A DNA stretch of 64,000 nt from positions 1,408,001 through 1,472,000 of the forward strand of contig OY969934.1 of assembly GCA_963704725.1 (NCBI GenBank). The letters run 5' to 3'. Source of the DNA: an uncultured Actinomycetes bacterium (lineage in GTDB: Bacteria; Actinomycetota; UBA4738; HRBIN12). This document shows positions 47,489 to 56,974 of this stretch, in pieces. The position numbers were made by a program, and so were the translations under genes. Every line of letters begins with the position of its first letter. Within the stretch, counting starts at the first letter, position 1. Under the pieces are notes generated by a model that was given only the letters and a program-made list of their open reading frames with translations, ran no database searches and was not told where the DNA came from.

Positions 47489-48463
47489 CTAGGCCACGGC
47501 CTCCTCGGGCTCGGCCTCGATCACGACGGGTTCCTCGCGCCGGGCCGCGCCTCCGGTCGAGATGATGATCGCGATGGCGATCACGACGATCGCGCCGGCG
47601 AGGAAGGTGCGGATCGTGATGGTCTCGTCGAGGACGAGCCACCCCAGGAACACGGCCACGACCGGGTTCACGTACGCGTAGGTCGAGACGAGCGAGGTCC
47701 GCGCGTTCCGCAGGAGCCAGACGTACGACGTGAACCCCACCCACGAGCCGACCGTCACCAGATAGGTCAGGGCGACGAGCGAGCGCGCCGAGAACGCGTC
47801 GACCCGGATCGACGACGCCTCCCCGCGGAGCAGCCCGAGCAGCAGGAGCGCCGCGCCGCCGATCATCATCTCCATGCCGGCGCCCACGAGCGGACGTCTC
47901 GGCAGCGGCGCCGTGCGCGAGTACAGCGACCCGCTGGTCCACGAGATCGAGGCGCCGACGGCGACGAGCATGCCGGAGACCGGCGCCCCGCCCTCGAACG
48001 CCGTCCCGCCGATCAGCGACGCGGCGCCGGCGAAGCCGAGCACGAGCCCGAGCACGGTGAGCCAGCCGACCCGGTGCCGCAGCAGGATCCGGTCGACGAG
48101 CGCCATCCACAGCGGAACGAGGCCGATGATGAGCGCCGTGATGCCCGAGGGGATCGTGCGTTCGGACAGCACCACGAGCCCGTTGCCACCGGCGACCAGC
48201 GCGAGCCCCACGATCGCCGCCGATCGCCACTGCTCGGACCCCGGTCGGTCGCCCTCGGCGTCGCCCCGACGGACCGTCACCATGTACAGGACGGCGCCGG
48301 CGACGAGGAACCGGGCGCCGGCGGCCAGTAGCGGCGGCAGGGTCTCGTTGGCCACGCGGATCGCGAGGTACGTGGTTCCCCAGATCACGTAGACGGCGGA
48401 CAGCGCCGTCCAGATGAGTGCGGCGGCCGGCCGGCCGCCACCGCGCTGGCCCGTCGTCGCCAT
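47489..48463 (-). CDS. EamA/DMT family transporter (YedA-like)
   Basis: YVIWGTTYLAIR, YAYVNPVVAVFLG; 10 TM helices. Confidence 0.9.
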   Translation of the reverse strand: MATTGQRGGGRPAAALIWTALSAVYVIWGTTYLAIRVANETLPPLLAAGARFLVAGAVLYMVTVRRGDAEGDRPGSEQWRSAAIVGLALVAGGNGLVVLSERTIPSGITALIIGLVPLWMALVDRILLRHRVGWLTVLGLVLGFAGAASLIGGTAFEGGAPVSGMLVAVGASISWTSGSLYSRTAPLPRRPLVGAGMEMMIGGAALLLLGLLRGEASSIRVDAFSARSLVALTYLVTVGSWVGFTSYVWLLRNARTSLVSTYAYVNPVVAVFLGWLVLDETITIRTFLAGAIVVIAIAIIISTGGAARREEPVVIEAEPEEAVA

Positions 48464-48617
48464 GCCGAGCACCTTAGAGGCGCCGTTCCCATGCGTCACG
48501 GGCTTCGATCCGATCGCCGGTTACCAATTGGTCGGTCGTTCCCAGGACCCAACAGACAACGGCCGGCCGCGCGATCCCGTGAGACCGGTCGGCGGGGTCC
48601 GGTAGTCTTCGCCCGAC

Positions 48618-50072
48618 ATGGCCGAGTACGAGTCCGTGATCGGTCTGGAGTGCCACGTCGAGCTCTCGACCGACACGAAGATGTTCTGCGGGTGCCGCAA
48701 CGTGTTCGGCGCCCCGCCCAACACGAACGTCTGCCCGGTGTGCCTCGGTCTGCCCGGTGCGCTCCCCGTGCCCAACGAGAAGGCGATCGAGTACATCGTG
48801 CGGATCGGCCTCGCCCTGAACTGCCGGATCGCGCCGGACTCGCTGTTCCACCGGAAGAACTACTTCTATCCGGACATGCCGAAGGACTTCCAGATCAGCC
48901 AGTACGACCTGCCGATCTGCGTCCAGGGGCACGTCGACGTGGAGGTCGACGGCGAGCGCCGGCGGATCGGGATCACCCGCGTCCACATGGAGGAGGACAC
49001 GGGCAAGACGACGCACGTGGGGCAGACCGGCCGGATCGGGCAGGCCGACTACGCGCTCGTCGACTACAACCGGGCCGGCGTTCCGCTGGTCGAGGTCGTC
49101 TCCGAGCCCGACATCCGCACGCCCGAGGAGGCCCGGGCGTACCTGACCGAGCTCCGCGCGACGCTCGAGGCCCTCGGCGTGTCCGACGTGCGGATGGAGG
49201 AGGGGTCGCTGCGCTGCGACGGGAACATCTCCACGCGACCCGCCGGCTCGCCGGTCCTGGGGACGAAGGTCGAGATCAAGAACCTCAACTCGGTCCGCTC
49301 CCTCGAGCGGGCGCTGCGGTTCGAGGAGCAGCGGCAACGGAAGGCGCTCGAGGCCGGCGAGTCGCTGGTGCAGGAGACGCGCCATTTCGAGGAGGAGGCG
49401 GGGACGACGCACACCCTCCGCTCCAAGGAGGAGGCGTTCGACTACCGCTACTTCCCCGAACCCGACCTGCCGCCGCTTGCGCCCGAGCCGGGCTGGGTGC
49501 AGGAGATCCGTGCGTCGATGCCCGAGCTCCCGGCGGCCCGGCGCGAGCGATACGTGTCCGCGTTCGGCCTCAAGCCGGAGCAGGCCCGCATCCTGGTCTC
49601 GTCCGCGGCCACCTCGCGGTTCTTCGAGGAGACCGTCGCCCTCGGCGCCGAGCCGGGCCCGGCGGCCAACTGGATCACGCAAGACCTGGCCGGCCTGCTG
49701 AACAAGGCGCGGATCGAGGCCGGCGACGGCAAGGTCACGCCGGGTCACGTCGCCGACCTGGCTCGGCTCGCGGGCGAGGGGGCGATCAGCCCCACGGCCG
49801 GCAAGCAGGTGCTGGAGGAGGCCTTCGAGACCGGCGACGCGGTGGCGGCGATCGTCGAGCGCAGCGGCCTGCGGCAGGTCACCGACACCTCGGCGCTCGA
49901 GGCGTGGGTGGACGAGGCGATCGCCGAGAACCCCGGGCCGGTCGAGCGGTTCCGCGGCGGCAAGCCGGAGGCGATCAACGCCCTCATCGGCCCCGTGATG
50001 CAGAAGTCCCGGGGCTCGGCGAAAGCGGACCTCGTCCGCGAGCTGCTGCTCCGACGTCTGTCGGGAAGCTGA
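48618..50072 (+). CDS. gatB: Asp/Glu-tRNA amidotransferase subunit B
   Basis: IGLECHVEL, RKNYFYPD, HMEEDTGK, YRYFPEPDL. Confidence 0.98.
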   Translation: MAEYESVIGLECHVELSTDTKMFCGCRNVFGAPPNTNVCPVCLGLPGALPVPNEKAIEYIVRIGLALNCRIAPDSLFHRKNYFYPDMPKDFQISQYDLPICVQGHVDVEVDGERRRIGITRVHMEEDTGKTTHVGQTGRIGQADYALVDYNRAGVPLVEVVSEPDIRTPEEARAYLTELRATLEALGVSDVRMEEGSLRCDGNISTRPAGSPVLGTKVEIKNLNSVRSLERALRFEEQRQRKALEAGESLVQETRHFEEEAGTTHTLRSKEEAFDYRYFPEPDLPPLAPEPGWVQEIRASMPELPAARRERYVSAFGLKPEQARILVSSAATSRFFEETVALGAEPGPAANWITQDLAGLLNKARIEAGDGKVTPGHVADLARLAGEGAISPTAGKQVLEEAFETGDAVAAIVERSGLRQVTDTSALEAWVDEAIAENPGPVERFRGGKPEAINALIGPVMQKSRGSAKADLVRELLLRRLSGS

Positions 50073-50085
50073 GCCGAGGCGGCCG

Positions 50086-51357
50086 GTGAGGGTCGACCGC
50101 ACCCCCCGGGCCAAGCGCTACCCGTGGTGGCAGCTGATCCTGCTCGGCCTGGCCGGGCTCATCGAGGCCATCCTGCGTCCGATCGGGCGGATGTGGCGCT
50201 CGGACCAGCCGCTGGAGCGGTACGGGCTGGCCCACTTCGCCAGCGTCGCCGGCGACACGTTCGTGGCCTTCGCCCTGGCCGGCTCGGTCTTCTTCGACGT
50301 CCCGGTCGGCCAGGCCAAGGGCAAGGTCGCGCTGTACCTGGCGCTGACGATGGCCCCGCTCGCGGTGGCCGCTCCGGTGCTGGTGCCGCTCCTGGACCGG
50401 GCCGGCCCGCGGCGCGCGATCTCGTTCGTCGCCGCGGTGGCGCGCGCGGGCGTCGCGGTCTACGCGGCCTCGCGCTTCCACACGCTCCTGCTGTACCCCT
50501 CCGCGTTCCTCCTCCTCGTGTTCTCGAAGGTGCACGCGATCACGAAGAACGGGCTCTCGATGGCGTACGCGGGCCCGAACGAGGGTCTGGTCCGGGCGAA
50601 CGCGCGCCTGGGACGGATCGGCGTGGGCGGGGCGCTCCTGGCCACGGGCCCCGCCCTCGGGCTGCTGCAGCTCGGCGACGCGAAAGCGGTGCTGTACGGC
50701 GCGGCGGCCGTCTACGCGGTCGCCGGGTTCCTCAACCTGCGCCTGCCGAACCCACACGTCCGAGGCGGCAAGGCCGAGGTCACCCGGACCGGCTCGATCT
50801 CGGCGCTGACCGCGCCGGCGATCGGGGCCGCCGGGCTGCGCGCCGCGACCGGCTTCCTGCTGTTCGCGCTCGCGTTCACCCTTCGCGGCGGCGACAACCC
50901 CACGTGGTGGTTCGCGGTCCTGGCCGGGGCGGGCACGGCGGGCGGGTTCGTCGGCGACCTCCTCGCGCCGCGGCTCCCCTCTTCGGTCCGGGAGGAGGCC
51001 GTGGTCGTGGGCTGCGTGATCGGGGCCGGCGTGGGGGCCGTGCTCGCCTTCGTCGCCTTCTCGCTCCCCGTGCTGCTCGTGTTCGCCGTCGCGGTCGGGG
51101 CCTCGGCCGAGCTCGGTCGGCTCGCGTTCCAGAGCCTCATGCAGCGGCTGGTCCCGGGCGGCGCCCACGGCCGAGTCTTCGTCCGGTACGAGGTGATCTT
51201 CCAGCTCGCCTGGGTGGTCGGGGCGCTGATCCCAGCGATGCTGCCCATCGACTTCCGCGGCGCGTTCCTCATCCTGGCGGGGCTGTATCTCGTAGCAGGT
51301 ATTGGTTATCTGACGCCGGACGTGGTGGCCCGGCGGCGGAGACGGCCGGCGACCTAG
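50086..51357 (+). CDS. MFS-type membrane protein
   Basis: About 12 TM helices; AGSVFF..GKVALYLALTMAP pattern typical of an actinobacterial MFS group. Confidence 0.75.
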   Translation: MRVDRTPRAKRYPWWQLILLGLAGLIEAILRPIGRMWRSDQPLERYGLAHFASVAGDTFVAFALAGSVFFDVPVGQAKGKVALYLALTMAPLAVAAPVLVPLLDRAGPRRAISFVAAVARAGVAVYAASRFHTLLLYPSAFLLLVFSKVHAITKNGLSMAYAGPNEGLVRANARLGRIGVGGALLATGPALGLLQLGDAKAVLYGAAAVYAVAGFLNLRLPNPHVRGGKAEVTRTGSISALTAPAIGAAGLRAATGFLLFALAFTLRGGDNPTWWFAVLAGAGTAGGFVGDLLAPRLPSSVREEAVVVGCVIGAGVGAVLAFVAFSLPVLLVFAVAVGASAELGRLAFQSLMQRLVPGGAHGRVFVRYEVIFQLAWVVGALIPAMLPIDFRGAFLILAGLYLVAGIGYLTPDVVARRRRRPAT

Positions 51358-52094
51358 GCGTTCCCGAAGCGGGCCAGGGCGCGCGCCGCGTCGGCGGGGT
51401 TCGCCTCGGCCCAGGCGGCGAGCTCGGTGTTGAGCTCGGCGTAGGACTGGGTGAGGTCGTCGCTCGTGCCGGCGAGCTCCGACGCCTCCTCGACGAGGGC
51501 GGGCAGGTCGGCGAGCTGGCCCGACAGCACGGCGTCCGCGATGTCGGTGACCGAGCGGGCGTACTCGGCGGTGAGGCCGAACGCATCGAGCGCGTCCTCC
51601 CGCGCCGCCACGAGGTCTGGGTCGGCCGGCTCGAGCGGGCGCTGTCGCTGCTGCGAGGCCTCGGCGTCGTCGCCGAGCGTCTCGGCCTGGTCGAGGAGGG
51701 TCCGGGCGTCGGCCTTGGACGCGTCGAGGTCGCGGGCGACGAGGTCCGCCTGGAGCGCGGCGACGGTGGCGGCGATCCCGGTGAGCTCGGCGGCGAGCGC
51801 GGCCTCGTCCGTCGTCGCGTAGGCGAAGGTCTGCAGGTCGTCCTGGTTCGCGCCGGATCCGTCGTGGTCGTCCCCAGCTCCCTCTGCGTTCGCCTCGGGG
51901 GAGGAGGATGGGTCGTCCGATGCCTCGACGGGGACCGGCGTGGGGGTGGGGAGGTCGATCGAGCGCGTCATGGTCGGTCGTCCGGCCGGCGAGCGGCTCG
52001 GCGGCACCCCGGCTCCGGACTCGCCGGACGCCCCCGCGGCGCACGCGGAGGCCAGGAGGGCGGCGGTCGCGGCGAGCGCCAGGAACCGGTGCAC
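51354..52094 (-). CDS. Hypothetical acidic lipoprotein
   Basis: Signal peptide with lipobox LASAC, Pro/Ser linker, helical acidic domain. Confidence 0.7.
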   Translation of the reverse strand: MHRFLALAATAALLASACAAGASGESGAGVPPSRSPAGRPTMTRSIDLPTPTPVPVEASDDPSSSPEANAEGAGDDHDGSGANQDDLQTFAYATTDEAALAAELTGIAATVAALQADLVARDLDASKADARTLLDQAETLGDDAEASQQRQRPLEPADPDLVAAREDALDAFGLTAEYARSVTDIADAVLSGQLADLPALVEEASELAGTSDDLTQSYAELNTELAAWAEANPADAARALARFGNA

Positions 52095-52208
52095 CTTCAG
52101 AGCATCGGCCGTCGGAGGCTCCGATTCAGGGTTCTCTCGGGCGGGCGGAGCTGCGGTAGGCTCCGCCGGGATCGGACGATCGCGACGGACACGAGGGAGG
52201 ACGGCGGG

Positions 52209-52523
52209 ATGGCGGAGTGGTTCGACGTCGGGAAGGCCGGAGAGCTGAGCGACGGCGAGATGAACTCCTACGGCGCCGGCGGACGCCAGATCGCCATCGC
52301 CAACGTCGAGGGCGACCTCCACGCGTGGGACGACGTCTGCACGCACCAGCAGTGCTCGCTCGCGGAAGGCGAGCTCGATGGGACCATCGTCGAGTGCCCC
52401 TGCCACGGGAGCCAGTTCGACATCATGACGGGCGAGGCGGTGCAGGGCCCGGCCGTCGACCCCGTGGACGTCTTCGAGGTCCGCGAGGAGGACGGCTCGC
52501 TCCAGGTGCTCGTGGACGAGTAG
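52209..52523 (+). CDS. Rieske-type [2Fe-2S] ferredoxin
   Basis: CTH...CPCHGSQFD; RBS GGAGG. Confidence 0.93.
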   Translation: MAEWFDVGKAGELSDGEMNSYGAGGRQIAIANVEGDLHAWDDVCTHQQCSLAEGELDGTIVECPCHGSQFDIMTGEAVQGPAVDPVDVFEVREEDGSLQVLVDE

Positions 52524-53743
52524 TGGCAGCGATCGTCATCGTCGGTGCGGGAGAGGCCGGCGCGACGGCCGCCGGGTCGCTCCGCGACCGGGGGTTCGAC
52601 GGGGACGTCGTCCTCATCGGGGAGGAACCGGTCCCGCCCTACGAGCGGCCCCCGCTGTCCAAGGAGTACCTGCGCGGCGAGTCGGAGCACCAGCTCGTCC
52701 GGCCCGAGACGTGGTGGTCGGATCACGAGATCGACGCCAGGTTCGGGGTCCGGGCGGAGCGACTCCTCGCGTCCGAGCGCGCGATCGAGCTCGCCGGCGG
52801 CGAGCGCGTCCCGTTCGATCAGCTCGTGATCGCCACCGGCTCGCGGAACCGGCGGTTCGACTGGCCGGGGCTGGACCTGCCCGGCGTGTTCGACCTCCGG
52901 TTCGCGCCGGACGCCGACGCGATCCGGGCCGCGGCCAAGGGCGCCTCGAAGGCTGTCCTCGTGGGGATGGGGTTCATCGGCGCCGAGGTCGCCGCGTCGC
53001 TCCGGCACCTCGGGCTCGACGTGACCGTGATCGAGTTCTTCGGCACGCCGCTCGAGCGCGTCCTGGGGCCCGAGCTCGGCGGCGCGATCGAGGCGCTGCA
53101 CCGCGACCACGGCGTCGAGATGATCTTCCGCGACGCCGCCGAGCGGTTCGAGGGCGACGGGCGGTTCGAGGCCGTCGTGTCCACGCAGGGCCGGCGGGTG
53201 GAGGGCGACTTCGCCGTCGTCGGCGTCGGCGTCGAGCCCGTGACGGAGGTGGCGGCGTCCGGAGGCATCGCCGTCCAGAACGGCATCCCGGTCGACGTCG
53301 CACTGCGGACCGCCGTCGAGGGCGTGTGGGCGATCGGCGACGTGGCTCGCCACGACCACCCCGTCTTCGGGAGCGTCCGCGTCGAGCACTTCGACAACGC
53401 GGTGAAGATGGGGGAGCACGTCGCCGGCAACCTCCTCGGGGCCGGGGCCGTGTTCGACGACGCCCACTGGTTCTGGTCCGACCAGTACGACGCCGAGATC
53501 CAGATGGCCGGCTACGCTCTCGAATGGGATCGCACGGTGATCCGGGGGAGCATCGCGGAGCGGGCGTTCACGGCGTTCCTCCTGAAGGAAGGCCGGTTGC
53601 TCTCGACGTTCAGCATGAACCGCAAGCACGAAGTGCGTCGCTCGATGCCCCTCATCGCGGCGTCGGTGCATCCCGACCCGGCGCTGCTCGCCGATCCGGA
53701 GTTCGACCTGCGCAAGCTCCGACCGCCGAAGGACCACGTGTGA
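52523..53743 (+). CDS. FAD-dependent ferredoxin reductase
   Basis: GAGEAG, PYERPPLSK, GMGFIGAE, WFWSDQYD. Confidence 0.92.
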   Translation: MAAIVIVGAGEAGATAAGSLRDRGFDGDVVLIGEEPVPPYERPPLSKEYLRGESEHQLVRPETWWSDHEIDARFGVRAERLLASERAIELAGGERVPFDQLVIATGSRNRRFDWPGLDLPGVFDLRFAPDADAIRAAAKGASKAVLVGMGFIGAEVAASLRHLGLDVTVIEFFGTPLERVLGPELGGAIEALHRDHGVEMIFRDAAERFEGDGRFEAVVSTQGRRVEGDFAVVGVGVEPVTEVAASGGIAVQNGIPVDVALRTAVEGVWAIGDVARHDHPVFGSVRVEHFDNAVKMGEHVAGNLLGAGAVFDDAHWFWSDQYDAEIQMAGYALEWDRTVIRGSIAERAFTAFLLKEGRLLSTFSMNRKHEVRRSMPLIAASVHPDPALLADPEFDLRKLRPPKDHV

Positions 53744-54044
53744 TCTAGCCCAACGTCACCCACGCGCCCTGCGACCCGAACCGGCAGCGCGCGCGGGCCG
53801 ACGCGCGCCGCGCCTCGATCGCGCGGGCCGTCGCGTGGAGGAACGGCCGGCGTTCCCTCCTCGACCGGCTCCTCCGCCGCCGCGGTCCGGCGCTCGAGCT
53901 CACGGCGGAGAGCCTCCGTCCGTGTCCGGGCGAGGACGTGTGCCACAGCCTGCAGCTCTGACCGGCCGGGGCCCGAAGCGGCCGATGATAGGCTGGCCGA
54001 CCACGTCCGAGATGCGCCGGACGAGCCCCCCGAAGGAGCGGACG

Positions 54045-55199
54045 ATGAACCGACCCGAGATCATCCTCGCGCCCGGACCCACGCCGATCCCGCCGGAGGT
54101 CCTGCTGGCGCAGGGCAGTCCGCTCGTCTATCACCGGGGGCCGGGGTTCGGCGGGCTGATGCGCGGCGTGACCAAGCGGCTGAAGGAGCTGTACCGGACC
54201 GATCGCGCCGACGTGCTCCTCATGACGTCGTCGGGGACCGGCGGCCTCGAGTCGGCGATCCAGAACGTGCTCTCACCCGGTGACGAGGTGCTCGTCCCGC
54301 TCGCCGGCTTCTTCGCGGAGCGGTGGAAGAAGCTCGCCGAGTCGCACGGCCTCGTCGTGCGGACCGTCGAGTACGACTGGGGCCGCCGCGTCGACCCCGC
54401 CGACGTCGCGGCCGCGCTCGCCGAGCACCCCGTCAGGGCCGTGCTCCTCACGCACTCCGAGACCTCCACCGGCGTGATCCAGCCGATCGAGGAGCTCGCG
54501 CGCGTCGCGAACGAGGCCGGCGCGTTGGTGATCGTCGACGCCGTGTCGAGCCTCGGCGCGGTGCCGTTCGCCTTCGATGCGTGGGGGATCGACGTCGCCG
54601 TCGGCGGGTCGCAGAAGGCCCTCAGCGCGTCGCCCGGGATCGCGTTCGTGGCGATCTCCGAGCGCGCCTGGTCGGCGCACGAGAGCGCGACGATGCCGCG
54701 GTTCTACTTCGACTGGAGCGCCTACAAGCGGTTCGCGGAGCTGCCGGAGCCGGAGAGCCCGTGGACCCCGGCGATCAGCGTCATGCAGGGCCTGGCGGCG
54801 GCGCTCGACCTGTACTTCCAGGACGGGGTGGAGGCCGCCATGCGGCGACACCGGATGCTCTCGCGCGCCGTGAAGGAGGGCGTGCAGGCGCTCGGGCTCG
54901 ACCTGTTCGGGGAGGGGCTGGAGCAGAACTGGACCGTGACCGCGATCCGGGCGCCGGAGGGGATCGACGCCGACACGATCAGCGACCGGATCCGTGCCGA
55001 CTTCGGCTGCGTGCTCGCTCCGGGGCAGGGCCCGCTCAAGGGCAAGGTGTTCCGGATCGGGCACTTCGGGTACTTCAGCGAGCTCGACATCGTCCGGGGG
55101 CTCGCCGCGCTCGAGATGACGCTGGAGCGGCTGGGCTACCCGGTGAAGCGAGGGGCGGCCGTCGGCGCGGCCGAGGGCGTGTTCCAGGAGCCGGCGTGA
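54045..55199 (+). CDS. Class V PLP aminotransferase (serine-pyruvate/phosphoserine type)
   Basis: APGPT, SSGTGGLES, HSETSTG, DAVSS, GSQKAL, RIGHFG; coupled to serA. Confidence 0.9.
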   Translation: MNRPEIILAPGPTPIPPEVLLAQGSPLVYHRGPGFGGLMRGVTKRLKELYRTDRADVLLMTSSGTGGLESAIQNVLSPGDEVLVPLAGFFAERWKKLAESHGLVVRTVEYDWGRRVDPADVAAALAEHPVRAVLLTHSETSTGVIQPIEELARVANEAGALVIVDAVSSLGAVPFAFDAWGIDVAVGGSQKALSASPGIAFVAISERAWSAHESATMPRFYFDWSAYKRFAELPEPESPWTPAISVMQGLAAALDLYFQDGVEAAMRRHRMLSRAVKEGVQALGLDLFGEGLEQNWTVTAIRAPEGIDADTISDRIRADFGCVLAPGQGPLKGKVFRIGHFGYFSELDIVRGLAALEMTLERLGYPVKRGAAVGAAEGVFQEPA

Positions 55200-56779
55200 G
55201 GGTCCTGGTCACCGAGAAGCTCTCCGACGCCGGGCTCGAGCTGCTCCGACGTGACTTCCAGGTCGACGTCCGCCCCGAGCTTGCCGCCGAAGGCCTGGGC
55301 GGGGAGATCGCGCCGTACGACGCGCTCATCGTGCGGTCGCAGACCCGCGTGGACGCCGACGTGTTCGCGGCCGGCGAGAACCTCAAGGTCGTGGCCCGGG
55401 CGGGGATCGGCCTGGACAACGTCGACGTCGAGGCGGCGACGCGCCGCGGCGTGATGGTCGTGAACGCGCCCCAGTCCAACGTCGTCTCGGCCGCCGAGCA
55501 CACGGTGGCGCTCCTGCTGGCCCAGGCCCGGAACATCCCCAAGGCCGATCGGGACCTGAAGGCCGGCCGGTGGGAGCGGTCCGCGTACCAAGGTGTCGAG
55601 CTGCAGGGCAAGACGCTCGGGGTCGTGGGTCTCGGCCGCGTGGGCGCCCTCGTGACGCAGCGGTGCGCCGCGTTCGGGATGCGGATCATCGCGTTCGACC
55701 CCTACGTCCAGAAGGAACGGGCCAAGGAGATGCGCGTCGAGCTGATGCCGACGCTCGAGGCGCTCCTCGTCCAGGCGGACTTCGTGACCGTGCACCTCCC
55801 GCGGACCCCGGACACGGAGGGGCTGATCGGCGAGCGGGAGCTCGCGCTGGTCAAGGAGGGCGTGCGCATCGTCAACACCGCTCGCGGCGGGATCGTCGAC
55901 GAGGCCGCGCTGGCCAAGGCGATCGAGGACGGCCGCGTGGGCGGCGCCGCGCTCGACGTCTTCGAGACCGAGCCGACCACCGAGTCGCCGCTGTTCGCGT
56001 TCGACCAGGTGGTGGTGACCCCGCACCTCGGCGCCTCGACGGCCGAGGCGCAGGACAAGGCCGGCACCTCGGTCGCCGAGATGGTCCGCCTTGCGCTCTC
56101 GGGCGAGTTCGTCCCCCACGCCGTGAACGTGTCCGCGGGGGCCGAGGTCTCCGAGACGGTCAAGCCGTTCCTGCCGCTCGCGCAGAAGCTCGGGGCGCTG
56201 CTCACGGGTCTCGCCGGCGGCGCGGTGCGGGGGGTCGAGGCCCAGTACCTGGGCCGGATCGCCGAGGCCGACACGCGGGTGTTGACGCTCGCCATCGTGA
56301 AGGGCGTGCTGTCCGGCGTGGTGTACGAGCCCGTCTCGTTCGTGAACGCGCCGATCATCGCGGGGGAGCGCGGCGTCTCCATCACCGAGATGCGGTCCAC
56401 GGTCTCGAGCGACTATGTGAACCTGGTCCACGTGCGCGCTGACACGGACGAGGGACCCGTCAGCGTGGCCGGCACCCTGGTCGGCAAGCGCAACGCCGAG
56501 CGCGTCATGCAGGTGAACGACTACGACATCGAGATGGCTCCGGCGCCCTTCATGCTGTTCTTCACGTACGACGACCGGCCCGGCATCATCGGCAAGGTGG
56601 GCACGATCCTCGGCGAGGCCGACATCAACATCGCGACGATGGACGTCGGCCGCCCGGTGCGCGGCGGGACGGCGCTCATGGGCCTGACGCTCGACAGCCC
56701 CGTCCCCGTCGAGGTCCTCGACCGGATCCGCGCCGAGACCGGCGCCGGCCCCACCCGGTTCATCGTCCTGTCCGACTAG
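55196..56779 (+). CDS. serA: D-3-phosphoglycerate dehydrogenase
   Basis: RAGIGLDNVD, GLGRVG, TPHLGASTAEAQ, ACT domain DRPGIIG. Confidence 0.96.
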   Translation: MRVLVTEKLSDAGLELLRRDFQVDVRPELAAEGLGGEIAPYDALIVRSQTRVDADVFAAGENLKVVARAGIGLDNVDVEAATRRGVMVVNAPQSNVVSAAEHTVALLLAQARNIPKADRDLKAGRWERSAYQGVELQGKTLGVVGLGRVGALVTQRCAAFGMRIIAFDPYVQKERAKEMRVELMPTLEALLVQADFVTVHLPRTPDTEGLIGERELALVKEGVRIVNTARGGIVDEAALAKAIEDGRVGGAALDVFETEPTTESPLFAFDQVVVTPHLGASTAEAQDKAGTSVAEMVRLALSGEFVPHAVNVSAGAEVSETVKPFLPLAQKLGALLTGLAGGAVRGVEAQYLGRIAEADTRVLTLAIVKGVLSGVVYEPVSFVNAPIIAGERGVSITEMRSTVSSDYVNLVHVRADTDEGPVSVAGTLVGKRNAERVMQVNDYDIEMAPAPFMLFFTYDDRPGIIGKVGTILGEADINIATMDVGRPVRGGTALMGLTLDSPVPVEVLDRIRAETGAGPTRFIVLSD

Positions 56780-56835
56780 CGTTTCGTCTCGAAGGGCTTC
56801 CGGCGCGGCCCCGGTCCGTGCTAAAATTCTTGGCT

Positions 56836-56970
56836 AATGAGGCGACTCCTGGTGATCGCGAGGGATCGGAGCGGCGTCACGCCGCTCCCGGCGGCCGTCT
56901 GACGGCCGCGCTCGCCGCCCGGCGAGCTTTCGGATCACCCGCACCTCGTTCACTCGAAGATCAGGAGTCG
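56836..56970 (+). promoter_or_regulatory. Structured 5' leader / translational attenuator of the MFS operon
   Basis: Three tandem perfect hairpins closed by GGTGATC/GATCACC; CGACTCCTGGT is complementary to the SD region ATCAGGAGTCG. Confidence 0.65.
56837..56902 (+). CDS. Putative leader peptide MRRLLVIARDRSGVTPLPAAV
   Basis: ATG lies 9 nt after the -10 box TAAAAT (56822-56827); the ORF is embedded in a structured leader and overlaps the anti-SD. Confidence 0.55.
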   Translation: MRRLLVIARDRSGVTPLPAAV

Positions 56971-56974
56971 TTCG

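Noticed and set aside
53950-54044. Possible glycine, ZTP or THF riboswitch upstream of the aminotransferase-serA operon
   Set aside because: No conserved aptamer motifs recognised; only a -10 box (TAGGCT) and an RBS.
56851-56939. Cloverleaf-like fold considered as a tRNA
   Set aside because: No TTC T-loop, D-loop or 7-nt anticodon loop, and the loops are only 1-4 nt. It is better explained as a leader structure.
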